A DNA stretch of 64,000 nt from the NCBI GenBank assembly GCA_964016885.1, contig OZ024751.1:496001-560000 (forward strand), given 5' to 3'. Of this stretch, positions 12,661-26,626 are shown one piece after another. The notes under the pieces were generated by a model that worked only from the letters and a program-made list of their open reading frames with translations, had not been told where the DNA came from and searched no databases. Made by a program: the position numbers and the translations under genes. Each line of letters starts with the position of its first letter. The first letter of the stretch is position 1. Source of the stretch: Eledone cirrhosa. Its lineage: Eukaryota.

Positions 12661-13134
12661 ATAACACCTCCTCTCTCTTTCAAGGATTTCAGATTCTAAG
12701 GAGGACCATAGGTGCTGCCTACCCATATTAAAAAGTCAGAAATAAAAACATCTATTCTCAGTCAACATAATTATCTCAATTTTATAACCAATTTTTTCCT
12801 CAGCAGTGCAGTATTTTGAATATGTGGCACACTCCACATAGGGGTCATTTGAATATTTTGGCTTGCAATAAGTTTTATAGTCATTTTAGTATCAAATATA
12901 GTCATATATTGAAGGGGCATCGCATAGATCAATCGGCTGAGCATCATACGTTTAAGTGTTCGAATTGTCAGAGAATAGGATAAAATGGCATTGCATAGTT
13001 GTTTTGGTTCTTTACAATCTGAATTCAAATCCCATCATGGTCACCTTTGCTTTCCTCTTTCAGGGTCGATAAAATAAAGTACCAGTTAAGTACTGCGGTT
13101 GATTTAATCAACTTTGCCCTTAACCCCAATTTGC

Positions 13135-13470
13135 TGGCCGCGTTTTTGGACTAACCTTATTCGATAGAGTGTGTAGCTCGGAGATAAGAGAGACACTCCA
13201 AGTAGAGCCGCTACTTCTGCGAATTGAGAGATCACAGCTCCGATATTATGGGCATGTGGTTAGAAAGTCTCAGGAAAGAATCGCTGGACACATTTTAAGT
13301 GCAAAACCAACAGACAAGAGACCCAGAGCAAGATGGTTGGATAACATCCATGAACTTGGCTGGTCACGCTTGGGGATCCAGCCGGAACAATTGGAGATGG
13401 TTGCTTCTGACAGGACCTGTGGAAGGAGTACTTGAGGACTGACGATCCTCTCAAGAATAAGTGGGCGAAG
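13135..13470 (+). mobile_element. RTE-clade LINE 3' fragment
   Basis: SSEIRETLQVEPLLLRIERSQLRYYGHVVR...RPRARWLD; similar fragment at 19510-19665. Confidence 0.8.
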
Positions 13471-14655
13471 AAGGAGGAGAGAATTGTGTTGGGATATAAA
13501 ATCAAAAGGTTAAGAACCACAGCAATAACGTAAGCAGGAGTAAAGGAGCTATTTAGTTTAGCTGAGTTAAGTAATAGCCCGTCTTTTCTATTAGCCTCAG
13601 AGACAAAACGCCGACTAAGCTAGTATCGAACTTAAAACTTCACAACCACAAATTCAATGCTTTAAGTCATTGTCGAAAAACTCACTTAACTATTTACTTG
13701 AATAAATAGATGTCTTCTAGCCATTCAACGCCAACAACTTCTATAAAATTATTTAAATATAAATTCAACTCTTATGTAATACGAGAGCGTAAGTCAATAA
13801 AAAAAAAAAAAAGCGGAAATGGAGATTGTAAAAATCTGACTTGGCTTTATTGAATTGCCGAAACGAATAGATAAATGTTGAGTTCGTTATTAGTTTATAA
13901 ACAGTATAAAAAGAATATAAATGTAGCACAGTCGTATTTCACTACTCATATAAAACTCAACATTTAGTTTAACAGTAAGGAATTATATTTTCTCATGATG
14001 TAGCGTTATTTAATGTTAACAGTATAAGAGTTAATGTTGTTTATTTTTGGCCCAGCCGGAATCTATGATGTACAAAGTATAGAAATCCGAAAAAATAAAT
14101 AAAATAAAAGGTGGCAATTACATGATTTATCAATACTTTCACCTATTCGTTTCGGTAATTCAGAAAAGCCAAGTTAGATTTTTTATACTACCCATTATTG
14201 CTGTTGTTGGCAATTTCAATTACACCGCTTTCATCTTATTTCAGTTTTTATTTAAGCGAAAGATATTAAGTTTCAATACATAAACATCTGTTTTTCATTA
14301 TTAAGTCGAAAGTTAGTTACATCATTAATCCTCATAATTCGTGATAAAATCGTAAAACAGAAAGATCTGTGTTTCTAGATAAAGATATTGTAAAATAAAT
14401 CTCTCATATTACGAGTTAAAATATTTCCGGATTTTAAATAAATCAACTGCTAAAAAAAATATCACTAACATTACAATGATAAATATCTTAAATCTCTCTC
14501 TCTCTCTCTCTCTTATTATATATATATATATATATATATATATTGGTCTGGTATCTTAATGATACTTACTTAATTATATTATTGAGTGAGATAGGATAAC
14601 GATCGAAGGTGTATCGGTCCTAATCGATAGCTTCGTTTCAGTATTATTTTATATG

Positions 14656-14830
14656 GGCGGGGGATTGGCAGTATAAGTAGAAAGTCGGACGCCATGCTTT
14701 CCAGCATAGTTACGTCCCTTTACGGTCTGAGTTCAAATCCTGCCAAGGTGAACTTTGCTTACGGGGTAGATAAAATAAAGTACCAGTAATGCACTGGGTA
14801 TTTGCTGGCCTTGTGCCAAAAGTAGAAACA
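14656..14830 (+). mobile_element. Full-length Meta-type SINE with 13-bp TSD
   Basis: ATTATTTTATATG duplicated at 14643-55 and 14831-43; empty site present in the inverted paralog near 16015-16030. Confidence 0.9.
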
Positions 14831-14846
14831 ATTATTTTATATGTAT

Positions 14847-14944
14847 GTGCGACCATTGGTTTCGGAATCCAGTTATGGCCACCACTGTATATTGGAGGAG
14901 GTTCTTACAAATTGCCAAACTGACCCACCCCCCTCGTCAGATAC
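14847..14944 (-). ncRNA. Type-I hammerhead with long helix II insertion
   Basis: Minus: GTAT-CTGACGA-GGG...~70 nt...TCC-GAAA-CCAATGG-TC-GCAC; the inverted paralog at 15914-16011(+) has a mutated core (CCGACGA, AAAA). Confidence 0.65.
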
Positions 14945-14974
14945 GGAAACAAATATATAAAATATACATTATAT

Positions 14975-15190
14975 GACACTGAGGAGACAGGTTAGCTGGA
15001 CATGCTCATCGACATCCAGAGTTGAAACTGCACTCAATGCTCCTGTGGGAGCCCCTGCATCGACACACTGCAAGAGAAAAACCGAGGTTAACATATGTTG
15101 ATGCCCTAAGGACATACACTGGTCTGTTGGAGAGGGACAGAGACCGCTGGAGAGAAATCGTCCATGGATCTCGGCAATTTTACCAGCCCT
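14975..15190 (+). mobile_element. RTE-like LINE 3' fragment
   Basis: Frameshifted translation RRQLAGHAHRHPELKLHSMLLWEP...TYVDAL. Confidence 0.55.
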
Positions 15191-15297
15191 AGACATATAT
15201 ATGTGTGTGTGTTAGGTAATTGTGTAACCACAGTTACAGGTGGTTCGCCGTTCTAAGAAAATGATGGTCCGTCTCATGTTATATGTATGTACACACA

Positions 15298-15364
<67 letters not shown>

Positions 15365-15407
15365 GAAAGGTATAGAAAACACTGCAGCGAAAAGCCAACA
15401 GCACTCC

Positions 15408-15484
<77 letters not shown>

Positions 15485-16124
15485 CAGATTGCAGTTTAAG
15501 CAAATAATCGCTGCATTCACCCTTAACGGGATTTTCTGAAACTCAGAAGATCCCGTTAAGGGTGAAAGCACCGATTCTTTGCTTAAACTTTAATCTGTTA
15601 TTTTAATAAATATTTGCTCTATGGTTCTTATATATTTGATATATATTTATCCTTATCGAGCCCTCTTTGGATTTTAGTCTTCAAATTTATTATTATTACT
15701 ATATATATCATCATCATCATCATCATCATCATTTTACGTCCGCTCTTCCCTGCTCGCAAGGGTGGGACGGGTCTTATTCAGCACAGCATCTCTCCACTCG
15801 TCATATATATATGTTCAGGGTATCCGTAGATGAAAGATCAAGGAAATCAATGCTCAATCTATTGTAAGAGAGGTTATTTCGTATAAATAATGTATATCTT
15901 ATATATTGGTTTCCGTGTCCGACGAGGAGGGTGGGTCAGTTTGGCAATTTGTAAGAACCTCTTCCAATATACAGCGGTGGCCATAACTGGACTCCAAAAC
16001 CAATGGTCGCACATACATATAAAATAATACTGAAACGAAGCTTTCGATTAGGACCGATACACCTTCGATCGTTTTCCCATCTCACTCAATAATATAATTA
16101 AGTAAGTATCATTAAGATACCAGA

Positions 16125-16187
<63 letters not shown>

Positions 16188-16229
16188 TGATATTAAATAA
16201 ATGGAAACTATATTTATAAAACCATATTT

Positions 16230-16291
16230 ATTTTATTATATATATTTCAAGGGTACCAAGACAACATTGGTACGCTTTCATCAGATAAAAT
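16230..16291 (-). ncRNA. Type-I hammerhead in PLE pseudo-LTR
   Basis: Minus: ATTTTAT-CTGATGA-aagcgtaccaa..ttggtaccctt-GAAA-TATATA-TA-ATAAAAT. Confidence 0.85.
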
Positions 16292-16847
16292 ACAAAGTTT
16301 GTTTATAAATAGAGACGTACCCATGAAAATCATACCTTATTTAATATTTACTCCAGTAATTTGTTGAGTGCTCTAAATCAGTTATAAACATTTGTTTGTC
16401 AGACTTCCAACAAATTAAATACAACTTCTACTTATATATATATATATATATGTGTATGTGTGTGCGTGTGTGCGTGCGCGCGCGCGTGCGTGTGTGTGTG
16501 ATTCAGTGAATTACTAATGGTGACACTCAATGCACAGGCAGAATGTGTGTGTACATATATATATATATCCCTCTTTAGATTAACAGTTGAAGTAAATTCT
16601 CTGGACAGGAAAGTTTTTTAGTATATAAATAAATACATTAATATTTTTCTCTATACTATATACATAAGTGACCCTCCAAGCCTTAAAATTCTAAATAATT
16701 TGTTTCTCTATGAAATTTAATCTCTATGAAATAAAAAAAAAAAAAAAGAAGAAAACCTTTTCCCCCTAATTCCTAACTGTGAAATAACATTACGCTTGTG
16801 ATGACATCTAAGATATTACTCTGGTTGATATTGTTCATTATTCATTA

Positions 16848-19023
16848 CACTGGTCTACAAGGCTTTTGGTGTTTAGGAAACAGACATCATTCCTATACAA
16901 AATCGGTCTCCTGAATCCAAATATAACCTTCTTTTTGACCTATCATATCTAATTTTTAAGTTATTGAACATCCCTATAGTCACCATGTATGTGTGTACGT
17001 CCAGTGTTCGTTACCTTATTCTAATTCTAAGTTTTTTCTTTTACCTTACTCTTTAGATGTTGTGGTGAACTAAGGAATAGAAAATGAGCAAGATGTCTTC
17101 TTCAAGAAAGTGTTGCGTTAATTCTCCAAATGTGTTTTGTTATGTTTGTGGAGAATACACATTACCTGAAAATTGAAAAAACATCACTGATTTTGTTGAA
17201 AGAGCGTATATGGCATATTTTGGGGTCAAGCTGGGAGACCAAGATAAATATTGGGCACCGCATAGTGTCTTCAAACAATGTACAGAATATTTGCGACAAT
17301 GGACTAAAAGGACAAGGAAAAATACGAGGATTGCTATATCAATGGTATGGCGGGAGCCCTATAATCACGTGGACGATTGCTATTTTTGTAACCTAAATTT
17401 GAAGGGTATTAACCGGAAAAATCGACAAACGCTTGTCTATCCTAATCTTGCCTCTGCTATTAGTTCGATTCCACACAGTGAAGAGTTTCCCTTCCTGTCT
17501 TCAATGTCTTGCCTCAGATAACTTTACCCTCAACCAAAGAAGATTCATCACCTGAAGATGACACTAGAGATCAAGACTTTTCAGTTGAGACTTTACCCCA
17601 GCCAATCTCCGAGGTAGGGCTGAATGATCTAGTTCGTGACTTGAACCTCCCAAAAAATTCTGCAGAACTGTTTGACGGCTTCCCGACTGAAATAGAAGAA
17701 TCTTCTAGAGAATGGTGTCCGTATAACCTTTTATCGGAGTCGGCATGGAGAGTTCCTTTCTTTCTTCACAAAAGAGGAAGAGCTGGTTTACTTCAGAGAT
17801 GTCAGTGGGCTTCTTAATAGACTTGGCATTGAGGAATACAAACCAGAGGAATGGCGTCTTTTCATAGACAACTCTAAGCTTAGTTTAAAATGTGTATTGT
17901 TGCACAACGGAAATGTGCATGGCGTTGTCCCACTCGGCCACTCCTGAAGGAAAAATATGAAGAAATTAAGTTGGCTTTAGAGAAGATACTGTATCATGAT
18001 CATAAATGGGTCATCTGCGTTGACTTAAAGATGGTGAATTTTCTCATGGGACAGCAATCTGGTTATACCAAATACCCATGCTTTCTTTGCATGTGAGACA
18101 GTAGAGACTGAATAAACCACTATGTTAAGAAAGACTGGCCGCCTCGAACAAATATGGCCCCATGTAGAGCTGCCAATATATTGGAAGATGAGTGAGATCA
18201 GATCATTTTCCCCCCTTTGCACATCAAACTCGGATTGACCAAGCAACTCATCAAAACTCTTAACAAAAATGGGGAGTGCTTCAAGTATATCTGCAGTGGA
18301 TTTCCAGACTTGACGATTGAAAAACTTAAAGCATGGATTTTTGATGGACCACAGATCCATAAGCTCTTGAAGGACACAAATTTCGTGAAAACGATGAGCG
18401 AAAATGAAGCATCAGCTTGGCTAGCCTTTTCAGAAGTAGTGCAAAATTTCCTTGGGAAACACAAAAGTGAAAACTTGTTACCAACTTGATATCAACTTTC
18501 GTGATATTGGCGCGAATATGAGCATCAAAATGCATTATCTTTTTAGTCATCTTGATCGTTTTCCTGAAAATCTCGGAGATGTTAGCGATGAACAAGGCGA
18601 TCGATTCCATCAGGACACCAAGGAGATGGAAACTCGGTACCAAGGACGTTGGGACGCTGTGATGATGGCAGACTATTGCTGGTGTTTAAAACGAGATACT
18701 CCTGTTGCATTCGCGGCGCACAAAGAAGCGTATATTTATTCCTTGAATTTTCTGCCAAAAATCTTTGCCAATGTGCATTTTCAATTTAGAATTTTTATTT
18801 GTACTTTGTTTTGTTTTGTCTTACGCTCTCTTTATTGATTCATATTATATGCCTCTTGTTTGAATAAAATACTTACTCTATCAGATCTAGTCAGAAAACT
18901 AGACCTGATAGAGAAAAACTGAAGTTATTTTTGAATATTTCAACGAATTCTTTTAGCAGGAAAAAAGAATTCGTTGAAATATTCCAGGCACCAGACAAAA
19001 AAAAAATATTTTGTTGCTCGGTG
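16848..19023 (+). mobile_element. Second, divergent Chapaev3-type DNA transposon (degraded)
   Basis: CAC...GTG ends (TTA/CTA flanks). N-terminal FCYVCGEY, DQDKYWAPH, WREPYNHVDDCYFC; C-terminal HIKLGL, SIKMHYLFSHLD, SDEQGDRFHQD; many frameshifts. Confidence 0.8.
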
Positions 19024-19771
19024 CTATCAACATGAAATTGAAAGACAACGGAAAAAATCGCTGAGTTTGCGTTTAGCCTTCTATAAATATATATCGAAAG
19101 TATTCAACAAACGTAAATACACAAATAATGAGGTCACTACACGGTAGTTATATCTATGGATGTTTATCTCGTTCAATTAGTGAAATTAGAAATAACTATA
19201 TTTCAAATATAAAATGTCAGGAAATACAAAATCTAGTTTCATTTCCGACAGTTAAAAATGAAAAACAAAAACAAGAACATTCAGGAGTGTATAAAGGGAG
19301 GTAAGTAGGTTAGACAAAAAAAAAAATAGCAACATATCAACTATAATTATTTCTTTGTGGATTTTCTTTCTACACGAATAATTAAATAATTGACATGATG
19401 TTATGTTGTTATTGTAAACTTAAATTTAACAATAACGTTGTCCCAGTAGAAATGTATATAGGTTTTCTCTCGCTTTCATTATATATTTTTGTATTTGTGT
19501 ATTATATGTATAAGGTTAATGACCGTAAGAATGCGATCGCGAATACAAGCAGCCGACATAAGTTTCCTCCGAATGATCTTTGGAGTAACCTTACTATATA
19601 GAGTGCGAAGCTCGGAGATCAGGGAGTCACTCCAGGTAGGGGTATTTCTCCGAATTGAGAGACCTCAGGATGCAAAAATACACAGGTATACTAAGTTCAC
19701 GCTTGGAGGAAATAGAGGAGGGTTCAACGGTCAAGCTTAATGAACCTTTCGATGGCGAAATATACAGTGTA

Positions 19772-19822
<51 letters not shown>

Positions 19823-19995
19823 AAGTAGAAGGGATATTTAATTTGTTGGAAATTCAACAAATATAAATGTTTATAACTGATTTAGAGCACTCGACAAGTT
19901 TCTGGAGTAAATATTCAATGATATTAAATAAATGGAAACTATATTTATAAAACCATATTTATTCTATTATATATATTTCAAGGATACCAAAAACT

Positions 19996-20050
<55 letters not shown>

Positions 20051-20146
20051 CCATTGATATGTTTGGTGGTCGGCGGAGGGAATAACGACTTCGAAATACG
20101 TATAACAAAATAAATAGGGATGGCAAATGAAACCGCCTTTCTTGTT

Positions 20147-20200
<54 letters not shown>

Positions 20201-21329
20201 ATAATAAAAATATATATACAAACAGATACACACACACACAAAATAAGTAGAGTGAACAGATAAAATAGTAATTAAAATGTAGTCATTTGATAGGTGCAAT
20301 TAATTAAAACGATTCATTAAACAAATCTAATTACCTGTTTACTTAAAATGTGCACATTGAATGTATGGAATCTCTTTGCAGAATATTCAAGCAAAATAAT
20401 TCATAAGTAGTATATATATGCAATAGTGAAATAAAAGGAAATAAAAACAAAACCGACCATCAATTCACTGCCAAATAATTATTTGAATCGGATTAGAAAG
20501 AGAGAGAGAGAGAGAAAAAAAAATAAATTTATATGCCGTTATGCTGCGAAACAATACAAATTATAATGCATGGGGCAAGTCGTTTTTGAAAAAATAAGTT
20601 GTGTAAAATTTATTAGAATTTCACCAAATTCCAAAATGTCGAAAGCCAATGACCCCGCATCTACGGTCAAAGAAAGCCATTGGAGCTTCACTCACAGAAG
20701 TGGATTCAGCAGCCAGCTTGACAGCCGAAGTAACACCAGCAATTATCACTACTATTAACAAGAGGAAGGCAACGACAGCAACAGTGACAATAACTGTTTC
20801 TACTTTTGGCACAAGGCCATCAAATACTCAGTACATTACTGGTACTTTATTTTATCGACCCCGTAAGGATGAAAGGCAAAGTTAACCTCGGCGGGATTTG
20901 AACTCAGACCGCAAAGGGACGTAACTATGCTGGAAAGCATGGCGTCCGACTCTCTACCGATACTGCCAATAATAACAACGACCCCCCACATCTTCGGTGA
21001 AAGAAGGCATTCGAGCTCCAGCAGCCAGCTGTATCAACTACCATTCGAGGTTAACTTTGCCTTTCATCCTTATGGGGTCGATAAAATAAAGTACCAGTAA
21101 TGTACTGGGAATTTGCTGGCCTTGTGCCTAAAGTAGAAACAATTACTATTAACAAGAGGAAGGCAACGACAGCAGCAGTGACAATATCAACAACATATAT
21201 GTGTATACACCAACATCATACCAGCAATCACTGCCACTACCATTAACAAGAGGAAGCCATCTCCAGCATCAGTGACAATAACAACAACATATGTTTTCAG
21301 GATTGATAGACTCATCTTTAGCCACTTGG

Positions 21330-24300
21330 TTCTGTTAACAAGAAACTGTTAACAAGCTCGCACGTGTGCGTGCAGAACTTTGGGAACAACCCACGGTTTT
21401 CTATTTGTTCATTCATTCATTCATTCGCCAATTTTCTACTTTCGTGTGTGTCCCCTCCATGCAACCCCACTTTCTTTTCTATCTTGTCTTTTGTCGTCTC
21501 CTGATCTGGTGTAGGTGAGCCATGAGGCCTCACTCATACCAGCACTTTCCCTTCCACCCACATACAGTTGAGCCTAGCACCCAGGCCGATGACAACCAGC
21601 CACTCACCCTTGATGCCGCTTGGTGCCCCAGTCCCCGGCTCCACACCCCATCCTCCATCCCCACTTGCAGCACCACGAACGGGCGGAAGAGGGGCTGCTT
21701 CCACCACCTCACTTGTGTTGGCTTGACGCGTCGAGCCTCCAATGCCCCCGCAGCATGGAGATGCAGCAACTGTCTGTCTGCCCAGCCACGGTTTCTGGCA
21801 CACCACCAGAAGAGACAGCGAACTTGTCTGATGCCCAAGCCTCGCTGGTCAACATCGTTCGGCTCAGGAAGATTCCGCTCAAGATCCCGAGAGCGGCCCG
21901 GGTGCCGGTAGTCGATGCCTTCGCTACCTCAATTGAGAGTGCCCTGGACTCTAATCGAGCCAGCGACTGGGAGCGCCTTTTTATTTCGCCCCACTCGTCC
22001 TCGGCCTCCCCAACTCTGGCGCTGACCGAGGCGGCCTTTGTCAAGGCCAATGTCTGGCGTGCCGAATGACGCCACACCCCCTGCTCTCGGGTGTCTTCAA
22101 TCCTCCACCCCTGAGGCCCGTGCAAAGCGTTTAAATGACCGCGTAAACGCTAAACTAATCATGGGTGATGTCTCGGCCGCAGTCAGAGTGGTTGCCTCAG
22201 AGGACACTTTCCTCCAACCCACCAAGGAGGTCCTGGCTGCCCTGCGACTCAAGCACCCTGAGCCACACGCTGACCTCAGGCCCATACTCACACCCGATTC
22301 CCACTTGCTCCTTGTGGCTTCCGACGCAGATATCATGTTTGCCATCAAATCCTTCCCAGCTAGCAGCAGCGGAGGTGCTGATAGTCCCCGACCTGGCCAG
22401 CTCAAGGAGTTGCTATCTCTCCTCTCCGCCGAGGCCGGGCGCCGCCTTCTGAGTGCAATTGTGGCACTCACCAATAAGCTCATCCATGGAGCCCTGGATC
22501 CTCACGCCCGAGGCCTCTTTTTTTCGGCTAGCCTGCCCTCTCTCAGGAAGACCGCTCGCTGTGGACAATGTCTTCCGGAGGCTGGCTGCTAAGGTGGTCT
22601 GCAGGTCCATCACACCTGAATTGGGTGAGGAGCTCGGTCCGGTGCAACTGGGAGTCGGCGTGTCCAGTGGCTGTGAGGGGGCCGCACATGCAACCAGGCA
22701 GTTCTTCAACAGCTGCCCACCGGAACCGGCATCCAGGGACTCCAGGCACCTCATTATCAAGCTTGACATGAGGAATGCCTTTAACTGCATACGCCGGGAC
22801 CATCTGCTCGATGCCTGCCTCAGCCGAGCCCCGTCTGCCTACCCGCTGGGCTACCTGTCATATAGAGCCCCGAGTATGCTCCTTGCTGCTGATACGGTAA
22901 TACCTTCGGCCACTGGGGTCCAACAGTGTGACCCTTTGGGCACTCTCCTGTTTGCTCTTGGTTTAGACCACATTGCCCGGGGTATCACGGCCGCTCTCAA
23001 CGTTTGGTACCTGGATGATGCTACGTTCGGCGGGCCCGTAGAGACTGTCTGCCATGACCTTCAATCGGTGGTTCCTGCCCTGGCGTAAATCGGCCTCCAG
23101 GTCAACTCGTCCAAATCGGAGGTGGTGAATGTCAACCACGATGCTGAGAGCTTTGCAGCGTCCTTCTTGGACGTGAGGTCCATTCTCCACCAGGTACAGC
23201 TGACCCCGAAAGAGGATGTCCTCATCCTCGGGTCACCGATCCACCCGCCGGCCATCCGCTCCACCATCAGGTCCAGGCTGCAGCAACTCAAGACTCTCAC
23301 GAACCGACTGGCTTGATTGACGGCCACCCAGCACTCTTCCTGTTGAGGAACTGCTTCGCCATGCCGAAGCTCCTCTATACCCTTCGCAGCGCTCTGCGTT
23401 ACAGCCACGCATCTCTCCTCGATGACCTCGATACTTGTATCCGAGCGGCAGCCGAGGAGATATGCAATGTCAGGTTTGACGATATTGGATGCCAACAGGC
23501 CACTTTACCTGTTAGATATAGTGGCCTTCGCCTCCGGTCCCCGATCTCGCTGGCTTTGCCGGCGTTTCTTTCGTCGGTAACCTCATGCCGCGTCCTCGTC
23601 AGCAGGGTTCCTCAAAACACAATGGAACCCCCTGTGATCGGGGAACGTGAGGCCGCCTGTGAGATGTGCGGCTGGCTGGGACTTAGTCCAGTAGACGTCC
23701 CTCAACCTCCCCCTTCCGACGTTAAGTACCCCCAAAGCATTTGGGATGCCATGCAGTGCAGCCTGGCCTCAAACTGGCTCACGTGCCAGCTCGACCAGCA
23801 CCGCCTTGCCACTTTTCGCGCGGCCTCCAAACCCCACAGTGGTGCCTGGCTCCATGCCTTGCCCTCCTCCACTGGCACGCAGCTGGATAACGATAGCCTC
23901 CACCCGCTTTCCTGTCGCCACAGTGCCGACTGCCTTCCACACCATGTTGCCCTCAACGAGGTCGTAAAGCATGGCTTGGAAGCTCAGGCTACCCCTCCCA
24001 TTCGAGCCGGTGGGGCTGGACCGAGGGGACGGCAAAAGGCCAGACGGCATGACTATCTTCCCGTTCCGTGGTGGAAAACCCCTCGTGTGGGATGCCACTT
24101 GCAGCGACACTTTCTCTAACTGCAACCTGGTGCAGTCTGCGACTAACCCAGCTTCGGCTGCACGTCGGGCTGAGGAGACCAAACTCTCCAAATACCGGTC
24201 GTGCGGTTTGCGGTCGTGCCCTTGGCAGTTGAGACTTCTGGTGTCCTTGACCCTAGGGCTACCTCCTTACTTACCACCATAGGCGCTGAGTTGGCCAGCC

Positions 24301-24540
24301 GTAGGTGGCTCTTCCAGCACATCTCCCTTACCATCCTCCGGGGAAACGCCTTCTCCATTCTGTCCGCCAGGGCTGTGGGATGGCCAGCACGTGGGACCCC
24401 ATTTGCTCACCACACAGAGAGATGGGGAGGGCGAGAGAGATGGAGGCGATGACAGTGAGAGTTCGGCTCTTCCACGTTCGGACCATATCCTTGTGGTTGT
24501 GTATTTCACATTATAATATGTTAAAATATAATGTTTCAAG
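21330..24540 (+). mobile_element. CRE-like non-LTR retrotransposon (PHD-like finger + RT + restriction-like endonuclease), degraded; ends approximate
   Basis: C-x8-CFHHLTC...WRCSNC; RT KLDMRNAFN, GVQQCDPLG, WYLDD; RLE HPLSC..H, KRPDGMT.FP..GGKPLVWDATCSDT, K.SKY, VPLAVETSG. Confidence 0.8.
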
Positions 24541-25336
24541 CAGTGACAGCAAAATAGTAATGTTAAACAAACAATGTGAAAGTATATACGCTCTCACTTT
24601 CTGTAACGAAATTAATTGTTTCTACTTTTGGCACAAGGCCAGCAATTACCCAGTGCCTTACTGATACTTTATTTTAAGGATGAAAGGCAAAGTTAACCTC
24701 GGCGAGATTTGAACTCAGAATGGCAAGGGACGTAACTCTATGCGTCAAATCATGGTGTCCGACCCTCTACCGATACTGCCAATCCACTGCCTGTAACGAA
24801 ATTATTTCTACTTTTTTGGCACAAGGCCAGCAAATACCCAGTACATTACTGGTACTTTATTTTATCGACCCCGTAAGGATGAAAGGCAAAGTTAACCTCG
24901 ACAGGATTTGAACTCAGACCGTAAAGGGACGTAACTATGCTGGAAAGTATGGTGTCCGACCCTCTACCGATACTGCCAATTCACCGAAATTAATGTGACA
25001 CAATTATGCCACTTCGATCTCCCATTTTAAGTTAGGTGGATTTCGGTTTACCGGTGTATTTTAAAAAGGAGCTGGTTAAAAGCTCTGGAGTAGATGTTAT
25101 TTTTAAAGTTCCACACACAAACAAACATAAACAGCCAGAAATGTCCGGGTGATTGTATATAAATAAGCAGTGAGGGTATATTCCTGTTAATATATATATA
25201 TGAGGACCTTGCGATTTTCAGAGTCAGGTTCTTCGATCATGACATCGTGCCTCGAGCTGGTCGCCAGAGAAACGATTGTAATATGTCCAATAAATTCCAT
25301 TCGTCTCTTTTTTTCTGTGATATATACACACACACA

Positions 25337-25427
<91 letters not shown>

Positions 25428-25435
25428 ACACACAC

Positions 25436-25504
<69 letters not shown>

Positions 25505-26238
25505 CACACACAACATTAATTTCGTTACAAAAAGTGAGAGCGCATATATTTTCACTATTGCATATATATACTACTTATGAATTATTTTGCTCGAATATTC
25601 TGCAAAAGAGATTCCATACATTCAATGTGCGCATTTTAAGTAAACAGGTAATTAGATTTGTTTAATGAATCGTTTTAATTAATTGCACCTATCAAATGAC
25701 TACATTTTAATTACTATTTTATCTATTCACTCTACCTCCTTGTGTCTCCTGTTGTGAGAACGGGTCCCGTTTATTTCTACACCCATAAGAGTTTCATTCA
25801 GAAAGTCCATGTCACCAATATGTATTAGATGGTGATATCCTGTCTCACGAATACCCCCGTTTCTGCACATTAGGGCCCAATCAATGCTAGTTTCCCCATC
25901 AGCAGAATTGTCACCATCTTTCCATAACATATCTTTAGTCCAAGAAAAAATGAAAATTACTATTTGTAACAGATTCAGTTTAGATTTGTTGAAGAACGAA
26001 CCCGATCTTATGAACTTCCTATTTTTGTAACAACACACACACACACACACATATATATATTTGGCACAAGGCCAGCAATTACCTAGTGCATTACTGGTAC
26101 TTTATTTTATCGACCTCGTAAGGATGAAAGGCAAAGTTAACCTCGGCGGGATTTGAACTCAGAATGGCAAGGGCCGTAACTCAATGCTTCAAAGCATGGC
26201 GTCCGACCTTCTACCGATACTGCCAATCCAATATAATG

Positions 26239-26345
26239 ATATAGAAATGGCCTCCACAGAACTAGAACTGTTTTATTCGTATGAAATCATCACAAATTTC
26301 CATGCGAACGAAACAGTTCTAGTCCTGTAGAAGCCATTTCTATAT
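26239..26345. repeat. Imperfect ~105-bp hairpin (MITE-like)
   Basis: ATATAGAAATGGC...CTAGAACTGTTT vs AAACAGTTCTAG...GCCATTTCTATAT. Confidence 0.7.
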
Positions 26346-26516
26346 TAAATTTTTGATTTTTTTTCACTCTACTAATGTATTGAGTACTTTATTCACTGTG
26401 GTTACCCTCGATTTAACTCGGGATCTACAAGCACGCATGCACGCGCGCACACAGACACGCACACACACACACGCACACACGCACACGCACATACACACAC
26501 GCACGCACGCACACGC

Positions 26517-26626
<110 letters not shown>

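Noticed and set aside
13828-14185. MITE with ~55-bp imperfect inverted ends
   Set aside because: The inverted similarity is real, but no TSD or defined termini could be identified, so it is left unclassified
20050-20115. Hammerhead halves (also 19960-19990, 25200-25290, 27210-27260, 43205-43245)
   Set aside because: Only the GAAA-palindrome-UH part survives; CUGANGA is truncated by (TA)n or rearrangement
25736-25930. Possible host exon on minus strand (DMLWKDGDNSADG...RRHKE)
   Set aside because: The apparent GT donor coincides with the edge of a repeat, the acceptor is weak, and there is no recognisable homology
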